Positions 1-12,883 of a stretch of 64,000 nucleotides of DNA are shown piece by piece. Origin of the DNA: Malacoraja senta (Eukaryota); the NCBI GenBank assembly GCA_038087875.1, contig CM075987.1, forward strand, positions 18,292,001-18,356,000. The letters run 5' to 3'. Both the position numbers and the translations under genes were made by a program. Under the pieces are notes generated by a model, which did not search any database, was not told the origin of the DNA, and worked only from the letters and a program-made list of their open reading frames with translations. The stretch's first letter is position 1. Each line of letters starts with the position of its first letter.

Positions 1-670
1 TACACAAAAGGACAGCAGTGCTGCAGTAACTCAGTAGTTCAGGCTGGAAATCATGGATAGGTGACGTATCGGGTTGAGACCCTTCTTCAGACTGATTATA
101 GGGGAGAAGAGAAGAAAGCTGGAAAAGGGAGAGGTAGAACGTAAATGGCAGGTAATACGTCGACACAGGCGAGAGAAGGTTGTTTTTGATATGCAGCAGC
201 TTGGGACAAAAACCACAGGTTTGAAGAGTTGCGGATTATAAAGCCAGAGGGAGGAAATTGGCGGTGGGAAGGCAGAGATTGAGTGGAGGGGAGAAATAGG
301 TGGGAGTCAAGGTGGGCACAGGAGAGGGGAAGAGAGAAAGAGAAGATGGTGTTTAGGGGAGGGTGTTTTGAGAGGTTACCTAAAATTGGAAAATTCAATG
401 TTCATACCATTGGGTTGTAAGCTACCCAAGCTGAATATGACGTGCTGTTGTCCAGTTTGTGCGTCACCTCACTCTGGAGGAGGAGACCCAGGACAGAAAG
501 GTCAATGTGGGAATGGGAAGGGTAGTTGAAATGGTTAGCAAGTAGACGATCCACTTGGCCTTGTCAGACCAAGCGCATGTTCAGCCAAACGGTTGCCAGG
601 TCTATGTTTGGTCTCACCGACGCACAAAAGGCCACATCAGGTGCAGTAGATGAAGTTAGAGGAGATGCAA
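1..670 (-). mobile_element. Degenerate Penelope-like element 3' part (GIY-YIG remnant plus pLTR)
   Basis: Similar to the reverse complement of 25786-26365; hammerhead-like motif at 60-94. Confidence 0.7.
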
Positions 671-1120
671 GTTTTGTATGATGTATATATAATATCAGTA
701 TTAAATGTAGTTTTATGAGAGGGATGTGGAATGGAACATTGGGGGAGAATTATTTATTCTGCTTTTGGATTTAGAATAATTCAAGATGAAAAGAGGGCAA
801 TTTGGAGCCCTATGCACCTCAATGAGGTCAGGGAAAAAAGCTGGATTTTTTTTTTTTTAAACACACAAACTGGGACAAAACCAGAAAGGGTCTCGCAGCA
901 TTTGTGATTTGTGCATGGATATTTTGGTCTGATATGAAATGATTTTGGAATGCATCTAGAAAGGAAAGAAAGATAATGTTCTGCGTTTAGTACTGGATTC
1001 TCCTTCAGCTGATGTTCAACCAGCTTTCGCTGGTAGATATTTTTGTTTATTGTCAAGCTTTCCCAGTTCTACCAGAACACACACTCAGATGTTCAGGAAT
1101 GACTGTAATCAAGACATTTT

Positions 1121-1454
1121 TAGTTTAGTTTAGTTTTTAGTTTAGTTCAGAGATACAACGTGGAAACAGGCCCTTTCGTCCCACCGGGTCCGCGCCGACC
1201 AGCGATCCCCGCACATTAACACTATCCTATACCCACTTGGGACAGTTTTTTTTACATTTACCAAACCAATTAACCTACAAACCTGTACGTCTTTGGAATG
1301 TGGGAGGAAACCAAAGATCTTGGAGAAAACCCACGCAGGTCACGGGGGGAACGTGCAAACTCCGTACAGACAGCACCCATAGTCCGGATCGAACCCGGGT
1401 CTCCGGTGCTGCATTCGCTGTAAGGCAGCAACTCTACCGCTGCGCCACCGTGCC
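1121..1454 (-). mobile_element. HE1-like tRNA-derived V-SINE
   Basis: tRNA head (ggtggcgcagcggtag ... gggttcgatcc), V-domain-like body, CR1-type 3' end with (ctaaa)n tail. Confidence 0.8.
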
Positions 1455-1488
1455 GGGGAGATCAGGAGGTGGGGTATCATCAGGGTGT

Positions 1489-1771
1489 TCATCATCATCG
1501 TTGAAAACATCAACGGGCATGGTGCCTTACAATGCTGTGTACGACAGTGATCGCAACTTCTACTGAAGTGTGGATGGCCGTTGGCTCGCTAGGAGCTCAT
1601 CTGCCCTTTGACAGGTCTTGTTTCTGGTCCTTCTGGGGGGTCCACAGCCCCCTCCTCACCTGGCAAACCAGGTGGGGGGGGAGACAGCTTAGTCGCCGAC
1701 TATCCGACCATGGAACAGGTAGCACGGGATTACATGGTACCCGTGGCGGGTAGGAACTCCCCCCGACCTGA
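1489..1771 (-). mobile_element. Bipartite RTE-like non-autonomous element, short copy
   Basis: About 240 bp shared with 51290-51530; (TGA)n tail on minus strand. Confidence 0.6.
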
Positions 1772-2149
1772 AGACAGGTTGGGTTTAGTGTTGAAGGTGT
1801 AATTGGTAGGGGATTTGGGGGGTGATGTTGGTGGGTGGGAACAGGAACGGTGCAGTGGGAGATGGCACGTACGGGAAGCAACCTCTTGAAGTTACCAGCC
1901 ATGGGTCTACTCCAAGCAGTGCCATCTGATCTGACATGGTCCAATGGGAACCTCAGCAGACTGCCACCACGTTTCCGGGGCGATGCTCTGAAGCTGTTGT
2001 GACGGCCTGACCTAGTCTCCAGTTTGTTTCAATTTGACCTGGAAATAACATTTTAATTAGATCTCCACGTAATCATTTCTCAGCCTCTATTAATTAGGTC
2101 ACTTATTGAAGAGAGTTCTAAATAAAGGATGCTTTACTTTTATTTGCAG

Positions 2150-2249
2150 GCTTAAGAATACGACTCTTTAACTTCTCCTTGAAGGTGCTCACATGTGTTC
2201 TGTACATTGTGCGAGTTTTGCTGGACCATCCCGAAGAAGGAATTGGATG
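2150..2249 (+). CDS. kcnt1: kcnt1 exon (S1): [34 protein letters not shown]
   Basis: tttgcag|GC ... TG|gtaag; 100 nt; Slo2 S1 motif. Confidence 0.95.
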
Positions 2250-2852
2250 GTAAGACACCGAAGCAGCTAAGACCACAACTCATGTACATCCTTAATTAGA
2301 TGTCTTGCACAACAGCGGCAATGATTCATTATACTGGGCATTTAGATTTACATTAGTGTATTTAATCTAAGCTAATATTCTGACACTGATTAAACAAACA
2401 GCCGATCAAGTATTTTTGGCATTATTTGTGTCTGGCCCACAATTTCAATGTGCTGAATAATAAGAGAATTGTGGCTATTTTCTCAATGCTCTGGGCTTTG
2501 ACCCTATATTTTGGGCTCTGCACGGTGCAATTACTGTATGCTCGATAATCTGGAGTTTGAGACTTTTCACCAATGGTGGTTTAAAGCATCGATTTACTAA
2601 TCCCTCAATTTAAAACAATGAAAAAGATATTACATAGGGATGCAGGAAAGTTATAGCATGTGAAAAGGCCATTCAGCCCATTAAACTTAATGCTGCAAAC
2701 ATGCCTCAACTTAATTTCATCCCAAATGTAAATCGGTTTCAAGTATATTTGTATGCACTTCCTTTCTTCAAAACCTGATGTCATCTCACTGTTGTCAATA
2801 TTTCCTGCGTCTGTGCTAATAATCGAAATTGCCTGTTTAAATGTTCACACTA

Positions 2853-3212
2853 TAATAATGGATGGGATTTATATAGCGCCTTTCTAATACTCAAGGCGCT
2901 TTACATCGCATTATTCATTCACTCCTCAGTCACACTCGGTGGTGGTGAGCTACTTCTGTAGCCACAGCTGCCCTGGGGCAGACTGACGGAAGCGTGGCTG
3001 CTAATCTGCGCCTACGGCCTACGGCCCCTCCGACCACCACCAATCACTCACACACATTCACACACGTTCACACACATTCACATACGTTCACACGCAGGCA
3101 AAGGTGGGTGAAGTGTCTTGCCCAAGGACAAGCGGGCACTCCAAGCGGGATTCGAACCGGCTACCTTCCGGTTGCCAGCCGAACACTTAGCCCATTGCGC
3201 CATCTGTCGTCC
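2853..3212 (-). mobile_element. tRNA-derived CORE-type SINE with L2-type tail (copy 1)
   Basis: B-box ggttcgaatccc, CORE-like ccttgggcaagacacttcacc, 3' aaggcgctatataaat. Confidence 0.7.
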
Positions 3213-4222
3213 AAATACCTTCTTCCTACGAGCAGTGGCATTGTTCCCTGTGCTTTACATCTCGCAGCTCCTTGACCTCCACGCCATGTTCTAATCTCCG
3301 CTACTATTCAACCACTGTCAATTTAATTATTTAATGATAAAATAAAATATCAGCAGAATAGAATGTATGACTTCAAACGTGGGATTATCTACACTTACTG
3401 CTCTCTGTCCAGAAGTCTCCACTCGTTATTGGCTCCTAATATGTAACTCCATAGAAAATCAGAATGTAAGCAGATTGAAAGTGTACCTTCTAGCTTAACA
3501 AGACATCGATATCTATTGCACATTTGGCTTTGTGATTCCTGAAAGGACGCCAAGGGATACATGAGTACTTAAAGGATGATTTTGATTGTACTTAAAATGC
3601 CTGCTTGGAAAATTAATAACTATGGAAACACAGTTTCTGGCCCGACAGTCCTTGGAAGGGCAGTTCAACTGCAGGAGTGTCCAGTGGAGGAATCTATCCT
3701 AAGGACACGCCTCAAGAATTTCCTCCTAGCTGTTTCCAAGGTGACATCAAGCCGATTAATTAAAAATGGGTTATTGACTTCCTTAAGGCATGGAGGGAGG
3801 GATTCCAGAGGAATGTCTGCCGAGGATGTGCTGCAAAATCTTGTCATGGGTTTTGAGGCTAAAAAGATGTGTTCTATCTTTTTTTAAATAAAGGACACTA
3901 TTGAATCCATACTATTGTCCAATCTGTCACAGCCTGAGAAAATTAGAAGGGTTCAATAACCAACAATTAAACAATAAACCACCTTATAGTCAAGATGAAC
4001 CACAAAGTGCTGGAGTAAGCAGGTCAAGCAAAATCTCTGGAGGATGTGGACAGGCGACACTTTGGGTCAGGACAGTTCTTCAGACTACATGTTTATTTAA
4101 TTTAATCTGTTCATTAAGAATTCATCCAATCTTGACATATTAAGTGTTAGTTTTTATTGTCCAAGTAGTCTATTTGTGCTCCCACAAATACCTATTGGAA
4201 ACAAGAAGTGAAAAGTATTAAG

Positions 4223-5263
4223 TAGCAATGTTACAAAATTTTGACATTTTAAAAATAAAGTCTGCAATTTATCCCATCAGATAAAGCATAAAAAGAAGTT
4301 TAATTTGACACTTAATTCACTTTCATATCTTCAGTATTAAAAAAGTTATGGCCATTATCATACTCAGAAATTAGCATCTAGTTCCCTATTGCTTTTCCAT
4401 TGACTTAACACAAAAGCTGTGATCGAGGACAGTTAAAAGCCCATAACTTTCTTAAAAATTATGATAACTGAAAGAAATTTTCAGTAATTATAGATTGAAG
4501 CATTCTGAAACAAATATCAAACAATCTTACTTCGGAGACATGAAAGTAAAGCATATAATTAGTTAGTTACCTAATTGTAGCTAATTACAAAATTCAATTA
4601 CTAGATCTAAACATCTATCAATTTCTTAAGAATAGATTAACATTTTTAAATAGCCTAAGTGTCCAAATAACATTCACACAATAATTCACAATATAACATA
4701 ATTTTTAAATCTAATTTTCATGAATTTACAGGCCAAATGGAAGGAATTGAATGTTTAATACCTGTAAATTAATGGGCATTTAAATCATCTTGTGAGTGAG
4801 GATTTCTGGAACGCGATCTTTTGGAACGTTCATTTGCGGTGAATTTAACCCCGTATTGGCATGAAAAATACTGCCGTTAATTCGGGGAATAAAATCACCG
4901 TGTCGCATGAAAAAATGTGAATTAAAGGCTTCTTAAGAAGCACTTTTATACATTTAAAGAAACCACTTTAGTTTACCTGTCCCGTGTGTGAAATCCGTCC
5001 CCGTTATCGGCGTTGACGCTTCAGGAGCTGCTTTTAAAATTACTCTAGCGCTGACATTGACGATTTAATAAAAATAAAAAATTCACAAAATGCCACTAGG
5101 AACGATTCATCAGCCAAGGCTTGTACTCCAACAAAATATTAACCAGGACAAGGGAGGAGAAACCCGTGTTTTAACCCCGCCCCCCCTTAAAGGCGCCAAA
5201 ATCGCGCACACGGCCAGTGGCAGAATTACAGCGCGACTGAAGGTAAGTTTTGTAACATACCTA
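4223..5263. mobile_element. Non-autonomous TIR DNA transposon, TAG...CTA termini (Academ-like?) copy 1
   Basis: Imperfect 16-bp TIR tagcaatgttacaaaa / ttttgtaacataccta; no coding capacity. Confidence 0.55.
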
Positions 5264-5267
5264 TAGT

Positions 5268-5537
5268 AAGGGCCTGTCCCACCAGCATGTGATAGCATGC
5301 GTCTAGCGTGACCAAACGTGGTCGCTTGAGGCGTACGGCCTCGCGGGGCCGGTCCCACTTCGATCGCCGGAGGCGTATGGAGTTGTGCAGTGCTGGTCCC
5401 GACATCGCGCGGGGCTCCAAATATCTTGCACTGTCCGAAAATCCCGCGCGACAACGGCCTGTCGGCCCGCAGGCGCATTGAGGCCGTACGCAGCGCCTCG
5501 ACGGGCGTACGCAGCGTCTCGACGTCATACGCAGCGT
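5268..5537. mobile_element. Left half of GC-rich MITE, truncated by the duplication junction
   Basis: Matches 8175-8444; no right TIR. Confidence 0.8.
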
Positions 5538-5759
5538 ACGCCCGGGATGCAGGAAAGTTATAGCATGTGAAAAGGCCATTCAGCCCATTAAACTTAATGC
5601 TGCAAACATGCCTCAACTTAATTTCATCCCAAATGTAAATCGGTTTCAAGTATATTTGTATGCACTTCCTTTCTTCAAAACCTGATGTCATCTCACTGTT
5701 GTCAATATTTCCTGCGTCTGTGCTAATAATCGAAATTGCCTGTTTAAATGTTCACACTA

Positions 5760-6119
5760 TAATAATGGATGGGATTTATATAGCGCCTTTCTAATACTCA
5801 AGGCGCTTTACATCGCATTATTCATTCACTCCTCAGTCACACTCGGTGGTGGTGAGCTACTTCTGTAGCCACAGCTGCCCTGGGGCAGACTGACGGAAGC
5901 GTGGCTGCTAATCTGCGCCTACGGCCTACGGCCCCTCCGACCACCACCAATCACTCACACACATTCACACACGTTCACACACATTCACATACGTTCACAC
6001 GCAGGCAAAGGTGGGTGAAGTGTCTTGCCCAAGGACAAGCGGGCACTCCAAGCGGGATTCGAACCGGCTACCTTCCGGTTGCCAGCCGAACACTTAGCCC
6101 ATTGCGCCATCTGTCGTCC
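5760..6119 (-). mobile_element. tRNA-derived CORE-type SINE (copy 2, inside duplication)
   Basis: Same sequence as 2853-3212. Confidence 0.7.
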
Positions 6120-7129
6120 AAATACCTTCTTCCTACGAGCAGTGGCATTGTTCCCTGTGCTTTACATCTCGCAGCTCCTTGACCTCCACGCCATGTTCTA
6201 ATCTCCGCTACTATTCAACCACTGTCAATTTAATTATTTAATGATAAAATAAAATATCAGCAGAATAGAATGTATGACTTCAAACGTGGGATTATCTACA
6301 CTTACTGCTCTCTGTCCAGAAGTCTCCACTCGTTATTGGCTCCTAATATGTAACTCCATAGAAAATCAGAATGTAAGCAGATTGAAAGTGTACCTTCTAG
6401 CTTAACAAGACATCGATATCTATTGCACATTTGGCTTTGTGATTCCTGAAAGGACGCCAAGGGATACATGAGTACTTAAAGGATGATTTTGATTGTACTT
6501 AAAATGCCTGCTTGGAAAATTAATAACTATGGAAACACAGTTTCTGGCCCGACAGTCCTTGGAAGGGCAGTTCAACTGCAGGAGTGTCCAGTGGAGGAAT
6601 CTATCCTAAGGACACGCCTCAAGAATTTCCTCCTAGCTGTTTCCAAGGTGACATCAAGCCGATTAATTAAAAATGGGTTATTGACTTCCTTAAGGCATGG
6701 AGGGAGGGATTCCAGAGGAATGTCTGCCGAGGATGTGCTGCAAAATCTTGTCATGGGTTTTGAGGCTAAAAAGATGTGTTCTATCTTTTTTTAAATAAAG
6801 GACACTATTGAATCCATACTATTGTCCAATCTGTCACAGCCTGAGAAAATTAGAAGGGTTCAATAACCAACAATTAAACAATAAACCACCTTATAGTCAA
6901 GATGAACCACAAAGTGCTGGAGTAAGCAGGTCAAGCAAAATCTCTGGAGGATGTGGACAGGCGACACTTTGGGTCAGGACAGTTCTTCAGACTACATGTT
7001 TATTTAATTTAATCTGTTCATTAAGAATTCATCCAATCTTGACATATTAAGTGTTAGTTTTTATTGTCCAAGTAGTCTATTTGTGCTCCCACAAATACCT
7101 ATTGGAAACAAGAAGTGAAAAGTATTAAG

Positions 7130-8170
7130 TAGCAATGTTACAAAATTTTGACATTTTAAAAATAAAGTCTGCAATTTATCCCATCAGATAAAGCATAAAA
7201 AGAAGTTTAATTTGACACTTAATTCACTTTCATATCTTCAGTATTAAAAAAGTTATGGCCATTATCATACTCAGAAATTAGCATCTAGTTCCCTATTGCT
7301 TTTCCATTGACTTAACACAAAAGCTGTGATCGAGGACAGTTAAAAGCCCATAACTTTCTTAAAAATTATGATAACTGAAAGAAATTTTCAGTAATTATAG
7401 ATTGAAGCATTCTGAAACAAATATCAAACAATCTTACTTCGGAGACATGAAAGTAAAGCATATAATTAGTTAGTTACCTAATTGTAGCTAATTACAAAAT
7501 TCAATTACTAGATCTAAACATCTATCAATTTCTTAAGAATAGATTAACATTTTTAAATAGCCTAAGTGTCCAAATAACATTCACACAATAATTCACAATA
7601 TAACATAATTTTTAAATCTAATTTTCATGAATTTACAGGCCAAATGGAAGGAATTGAATGTTTAATACCTGTAAATTAATGGGCATTTAAATCATCTTGT
7701 GAGTGAGGATTTCTGGAACGCGATCTTTTGGAACGTTCATTTGCGGTGAATTTAACCCCGTATTGGCATGAAAAATACTGCCGTTAATTCGGGGAATAAA
7801 ATCACCGTGTCGCATGAAAAAATGTGAATTAAAGGCTTCTTAAGAAGCACTTTTATACATTTAAAGAAACCACTTTAGTTTACCTGTCCCGTGTGTGAAA
7901 TCCGTCCCCGTTATCGGCGTTGACGCTTCAGGAGCTGCTTTTAAAATTACTCTAGCGCTGACATTGACGATTTAATAAAAATAAAAAATTCACAAAATGC
8001 CACTAGGAACGATTCATCAGCCAAGGCTTGTACTCCAACAAAATATTAACCAGGACAAGGGAGGAGAAACCCGTGTTTTAACCCCGCCCCCCCTTAAAGG
8101 CGCCAAAATCGCGCACACGGCCAGTGGCAGAATTACAGCGCGACTGAAGGTAAGTTTTGTAACATACCTA
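7130..8170. mobile_element. Non-autonomous TIR DNA transposon, TAG...CTA termini, copy 2
   Basis: Same sequence as 4223-5263. Confidence 0.55.
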
Positions 8171-8174
8171 TAGT

Positions 8175-8706
8175 AAGGGCCTGTCCCACCAGCATGTGAT
8201 AGCATGCGTCTAGCGTGACCAAACGTGGTCGCTTGAGGCGTACGGCCTCGCGGGGCCGGTCCCACTTCGATCGCCGGAGGCGTATGGAGTTGTGCAGTGC
8301 TGGTCCCGACATCGCGCGGGGCTCCAAATATCTTGCACTGTCCGAAAATCCCGCGCGACAACGGCCTGTCGGCCCGCAGGCGCATTGAGGCCGTACGCAG
8401 CGCCTCGACGGGCGTACGCAGCGTCTCGACGTCATACGCAGCGTCTTGACGGCGTTGCGCGATGACGTCACTGCCCGGCGTGCCATTGCGTGATGATGTC
8501 ACCGCCCGACGCCGTGCGACGTCCAAATTCAGCCGGCCTGCCTCCTGCCCAGCTGATTGGTGAGTATGGTGTCGGCACCAGCCCCGCACAACTCCAGACG
8601 CCTCAGCGGTTGAAAGTGGGACCGGCCCCGCGAGGCCATACGCCTCAAGCCACCACGTTTGGTCGCGCTAGACGCATGCAATCGCATGCTGATGGGACAG
8701 GCCCTT
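8175..8706. mobile_element. GC-rich MITE with long TIRs (aagggcctgtccca...), possibly PIF/Harbinger-like
   Basis: About 140-bp imperfect inverted termini; tagt on both flanks; internal ~18-bp tandem repeats. Confidence 0.8.
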
Positions 8707-9139
8707 TAGTGCAAAACATTCCTATTGGACAGTTCAGGAGTATTTGAGGCTTTTGATTTTGTGGGCCATTTATGTATACATAGAGGAATCTTCACACTGC
8801 AATCTTCAAGATCACATCTAAATTTTAATTTTCCTTTGTCCCTCTTCATTTACTTAACTTGCCATCTCATATTTATCTAAAATGTATCCACCATGTTGTA
8901 ACAACACCACATACAGCCTTTCAAAAAGATCAAGCCTTTCAAACGTAAACAGAACAAAATTCCAACGGGAATTTAAGCTGATGGGCTCAGATGAAGAAGG
9001 AAGCGAAAATAATATTGTAATATATATTGGATGTGCAGGAGGGTTTGTCTCTAGTTTGTACATTCTATATTAATACGTGTACATTAAAGAGTTTAATAAG
9101 TGTAGGGCTTCACCATAAGTGAAGTTCAAATAAACATTG

Positions 9140-9745
9140 AAAAAAGACACAAAGTGCTGAAGTAATTCAACGGGTCAGGCAGCAGAACATGGATTGGTGA
9201 CGTTTTGGGTCGGGGCCCTTCTTCAGACTGATTGTGATGGGGGTGAGGAAGGAGAAAGCTGGAAGAGAGGAGATGCAGGGCAAAGCCTGGTGAGTGTTAG
9301 GTGGATACAGATGAGGGAGGCCTTTAATGGGCAGATGGTTGGACACAGGTCAGGCATCAAAAGCCAAAAAGTGTGAGATAAGGATGGATGAGGTGTGAAT
9401 TGTGAAGCCAGAGGAAGGAATACAGGTGGAACGAGAGGGGGAAATGTAGAAATTAGGGCAAGTTCAGGTGGGGCACAGGGATGAGAAAAGAAATGTAAAC
9501 AAATGAGTGAGGGGATTATTTGTAGGTCAGTTACTTAAAATTGGAGAATTAATTGTTCGTACCATAAGGGTAAAAACTACCCAAGCAGAATATGAGGTGA
9601 TGTTCCTCTACTTTGCATGCGTTCTCACTCTGGCAATGGAGAAGGGCAGAATGATCAGTATGGGAAATGGAAAACGGAAGTTAAAATGGTTAGCAACCAA
9701 GAAATCCAGCAGGCCTTGGTGGAGTGAGTCCAAGCGTGAAATGTT
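9140..9745 (-). mobile_element. Degenerate Penelope-like 3' fragment
   Basis: pLTR with hammerhead-like motif at 9196-9230 and an endonuclease C-terminal remnant. Confidence 0.65.
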
Positions 9746-10429
9746 CAGTCCATCAAGACCTGCCAGATCTCTTGAATAGTTCAATGTTCAATAGCCCACA
9801 GATTCATACAGCATCTGAGGCAGACTTTAAAGCATTTCTGAATCGACGCTAAGGCCAACTTGAGCCTCCTCCTTGCTAAGCCATACCACACACTCTCCCA
9901 TCTTCTCATTTCACCCACCCTCTGATTGTTGTTCGGTCACTAAGGTACCTCACAACCTTTTTACCAACCTATTATTGTTTAATGGCCGGACTATTGTGCA
10001 GTCTGGATGCAAGTCCAATATCAGCCCAATATGAATTTCAGCTTTCTTCATCTCAGCATTGCCCCTTGTAAGTGCTGCAGAAAACTGAGTGATCCTGTTT
10101 CCTTTAGCAACAGATTGCAATGGCTTGACTCAGTGATCCACAACCTCAGACCATTTGATTTTATTGCTACCTAGAGCACTTGCATGGGCTGCTGTACCCT
10201 GTATGATTTAGAAGACAAGATCTAAATGAGTTTGGAATATGAGAAGAAAGTCATTTCAGGCCTGAGATTACTTCAATTTTTGTTCTCCGTTTCAATGCTA
10301 AGATTGCATCTCCTAGATCGTACGGGTTACAGGCCATGAAATGAAAAAGAAGGAGCTTGTGTTTTGTAAAGCACCATTCAAGATCTTCAGGATGTTACAA
10401 AATACTTTATGACCATTTCAATTTTCAGG

Positions 10430-12075
10430 ATTTGGACACTATTGGCCGGCAGATTTTATTGCAATATATCCAATTGACCATGAGTTGCCTTGTTAAAGCA
10501 TAGTATTGTTAGGTTCTGCTAGACACTTTAACGATTAGATCCCTACAATGATAGAAGACCAGCTATACGTTTCAAAATTGTGATGATTTGTGACTTGGGG
10601 AACCTGTAAGGGGGTGGAGTTCCCATGTTCTTGCTAAACTTGCCCCCCTTGGTTGTAAAAGTCACAGGATTCAGAGGGGCTGTGGAGTAACAAAGTTGAG
10701 TAATCTCAGTGCAAGTTACATAAGGTGCACTTTGCAGCCATTTTGTGTTGATCTTGGAGGCAAGGGGTGTTTAGGTTGTTGAAATGGTTTCCAATTCAGG
10801 CAAATATTATGTCCTGAATGGTATTGGGCTTTTTGAGAATCGCCGAAATCGCAACTCATCTCGTCAAACGGAGAATATTCAATCTATACATTTCTTACTT
10901 GTGCCTTGCAGTGTGGTGGGAATGTTTTGGTATGTTCTGAAGTGAGTCATTCTGCAAGATACCCCGGTCTTTGACCTGCTGTTGTAACCTTGGTATTAAT
11001 GTGACTGGTCCAGTTGAGCTTTTAATCAATTGTTAGACAATAGACAATAGGTGCAGGCGTAGACCATTTGGCCCTTCGAGCCAGCACCGCCATTCAATGT
11101 GATCATGGCTGATCATCCCCAATCAGTACCCGTTCCTGCCTTTTTCCCATATCCCCTGACTCCGCTATTTTTAAGAGCCCTATCTAGCTCTCTCTTGAAA
11201 GCATCCAGAGAACCTGCCTCCACCGCCCTCTGAGGCAGAGAATTCTCTGTGAGAAAAGGTGTTTCCTCGTCTCCGTCCTAAATGGCTTACTCCTTATTCT
11301 TAAACTGTGGCCCCAGAGATTGGCGGTGATGAACTTTACAGTGGTAGCCAAGACTTAAGCAGTTAGCTCCCTTTTAGAGATGCCCATTTGTGCTGGGAAT
11401 TTAGTGACCCCAATGATACTTGCTGCCTAGAGTGACTCGGCTGCAATCTCATCATTTGTTTGTATGTTTGTTACTGCTTCCAGCATTCCCTAGTGTTCAC
11501 CTCATTGAACAAAACACAGTATCTGGCTTGATAGTAATGGTAGACTCAGGGCTATGCCTGTTCATGAGGTTGGACTGCTTGCATTCACTAAAAATGCCCT
11601 TGGAGACCTCAACATTGACTCCAGATTCCTCATTTTAAGCTGATGGCTCTGTTCTGAATCTATCCCATTTGAACAATCATAGTTCCACACAACATGATGG
11701 AGGTGTTTCCACAAGAGGTATGCAGTGATCACTCTACCACTGCTACTATGGACAGATGCATCTGCCACATGTTGATTGGTGAAGATCATGTAGGTTTATT
11801 CCTCAAGTTAGTTCTCCAACTATCTGCTATAGATCAAACCTGGCAGCTATCTCATTCAGAACTTGCCCAGATCAGTGAGTGCTGATGCTGCCATTGAAAA
11901 TCCCAAGGTAAACTACATTCTGTGTCTTTCCCACTTTCAGTGTTTCCCCTGTTCAGCAAGGTGGACCAGTTGAGAGAGGATGGTGCAGGTGGGTGGTAAT
12001 CATGACATTTCCCTGCCTTGGACTTAATCGAATAATCTGGAGTCAATGTTGAGGTCTCCAAGGTCTAGTGTCCAG
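10430..12075 (-). mobile_element. Old degenerate LINE fragment (family uncertain), interrupted by a CR1 3' end at 11035-11313
   Basis: Resembles an elasmobranch LINE as recalled; no intact ORF. Confidence 0.35.
11035..11313 (-). mobile_element. CR1 LINE 3' end
   Basis: Same 3' UTR as 60229-60542; (ctattgt)n tail. Confidence 0.8.
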
Positions 12076-12088
12076 ACCCTTAATAATC

Positions 12089-12718
12089 TTATGTCTCAAT
12101 AAGATCCCCTCTCATCCTAAATTCCAGAATATACAACCCCAGCCGCTCCATTCTCTCAGCATTTGACTGTCCCGCCATCCCGGCAATTATCCTTGTGAAC
12201 CTACGCTGCACTCCCTCAATAGCAAGAATGTCCTTCCTCAAATTTGGAGACCAAAACTGCACACAATACTCCAGGTGTGGTCTCACCGGGACCCTGTACA
12301 ACTGCAGAAGGACCTCTTTGCTCCTATACTCGACTCCTCTTGTTATGAAGGCCAACATGCCAATTACCTTTCTTCACTGCCTGCTGTACCTGCATGCTTA
12401 ATTTAATTGACTGATGAACAAGGATCCCCAGATCCCGTTGTACTTCCCCTTTTCCCAACTTGACACCATTTAGATAATAATCTTCCTGTTTTTGCTACCA
12501 AAGTGGATAACCTCACATTTATCCACATTAAACTGCATCTGCCATGCATCTGCCCACTCACCCAACCTGTCCAAGTCACCCTGCATTCTCATAGCATCTT
12601 CCTCACAGTTCACACTGCCACCCAGCTTTGTGTCATCTGCAAATTTGTTAATGTTACTTGTAATCCCTTCATCTAAATCATTAATATATAATCCCTTCAT
12701 CTAAATCATTAATATATT
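12089..12718 (-). mobile_element. CR1 LINE reverse transcriptase fragment
   Basis: YINDLDEG...KFADDTKLGG...WQMQFNVDKC and RPHLEYCVQFWSP motifs, frameshifted. Confidence 0.92.
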
Positions 12719-12883
12719 TAAACCTCCTATTTAAACCTCCTGTTGTCTCCCTTTAGTTATTAAGTACTAGTTACTTGTACAGTACCATGGGACATTTGCC
12801 TTTGTACTGTATAATGTTTTGTACAAGTATTTTAATCTCACTGCTGCTGCTTTCTGTGTCTATTGATTTTTCTTTCCTCTTAG

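Larger units (their letters stand above)
2637..5537 (+). repeat. Tandem duplication copy 1 (2901 bp)
   Basis: Matches 5544-8444 at offset 2907; the ORF track repeats identically at that offset; no mismatches noticed by eye. Confidence 0.97.
5544..8444 (+). repeat. Tandem duplication copy 2 (2901 bp)
   Basis: As above; 6-nt junction insert acgccc at 5538-5543. Confidence 0.97.

Noticed and set aside
1380..1454. tRNA gene
   Set aside because: The A and B boxes belong to a SINE head continuous with the SINE body; no complete cloverleaf.
1690..1771. HDV-like or twister fold at the 5' end of the RTE-like element (ACC-loop-GGU ... CUAA)
   Set aside because: P1 and P2 do not pair consistently in both copies, and the loop does not match the L3 consensus.
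5110..8747. Long ORFs (193, 190 and 117 aa) over the GC-rich MITE
   Set aside because: Stop-poor GC-rich palindromic repeat with no transposase motifs; the same applies to ORFs at 39086-39754 and 41362-42072.
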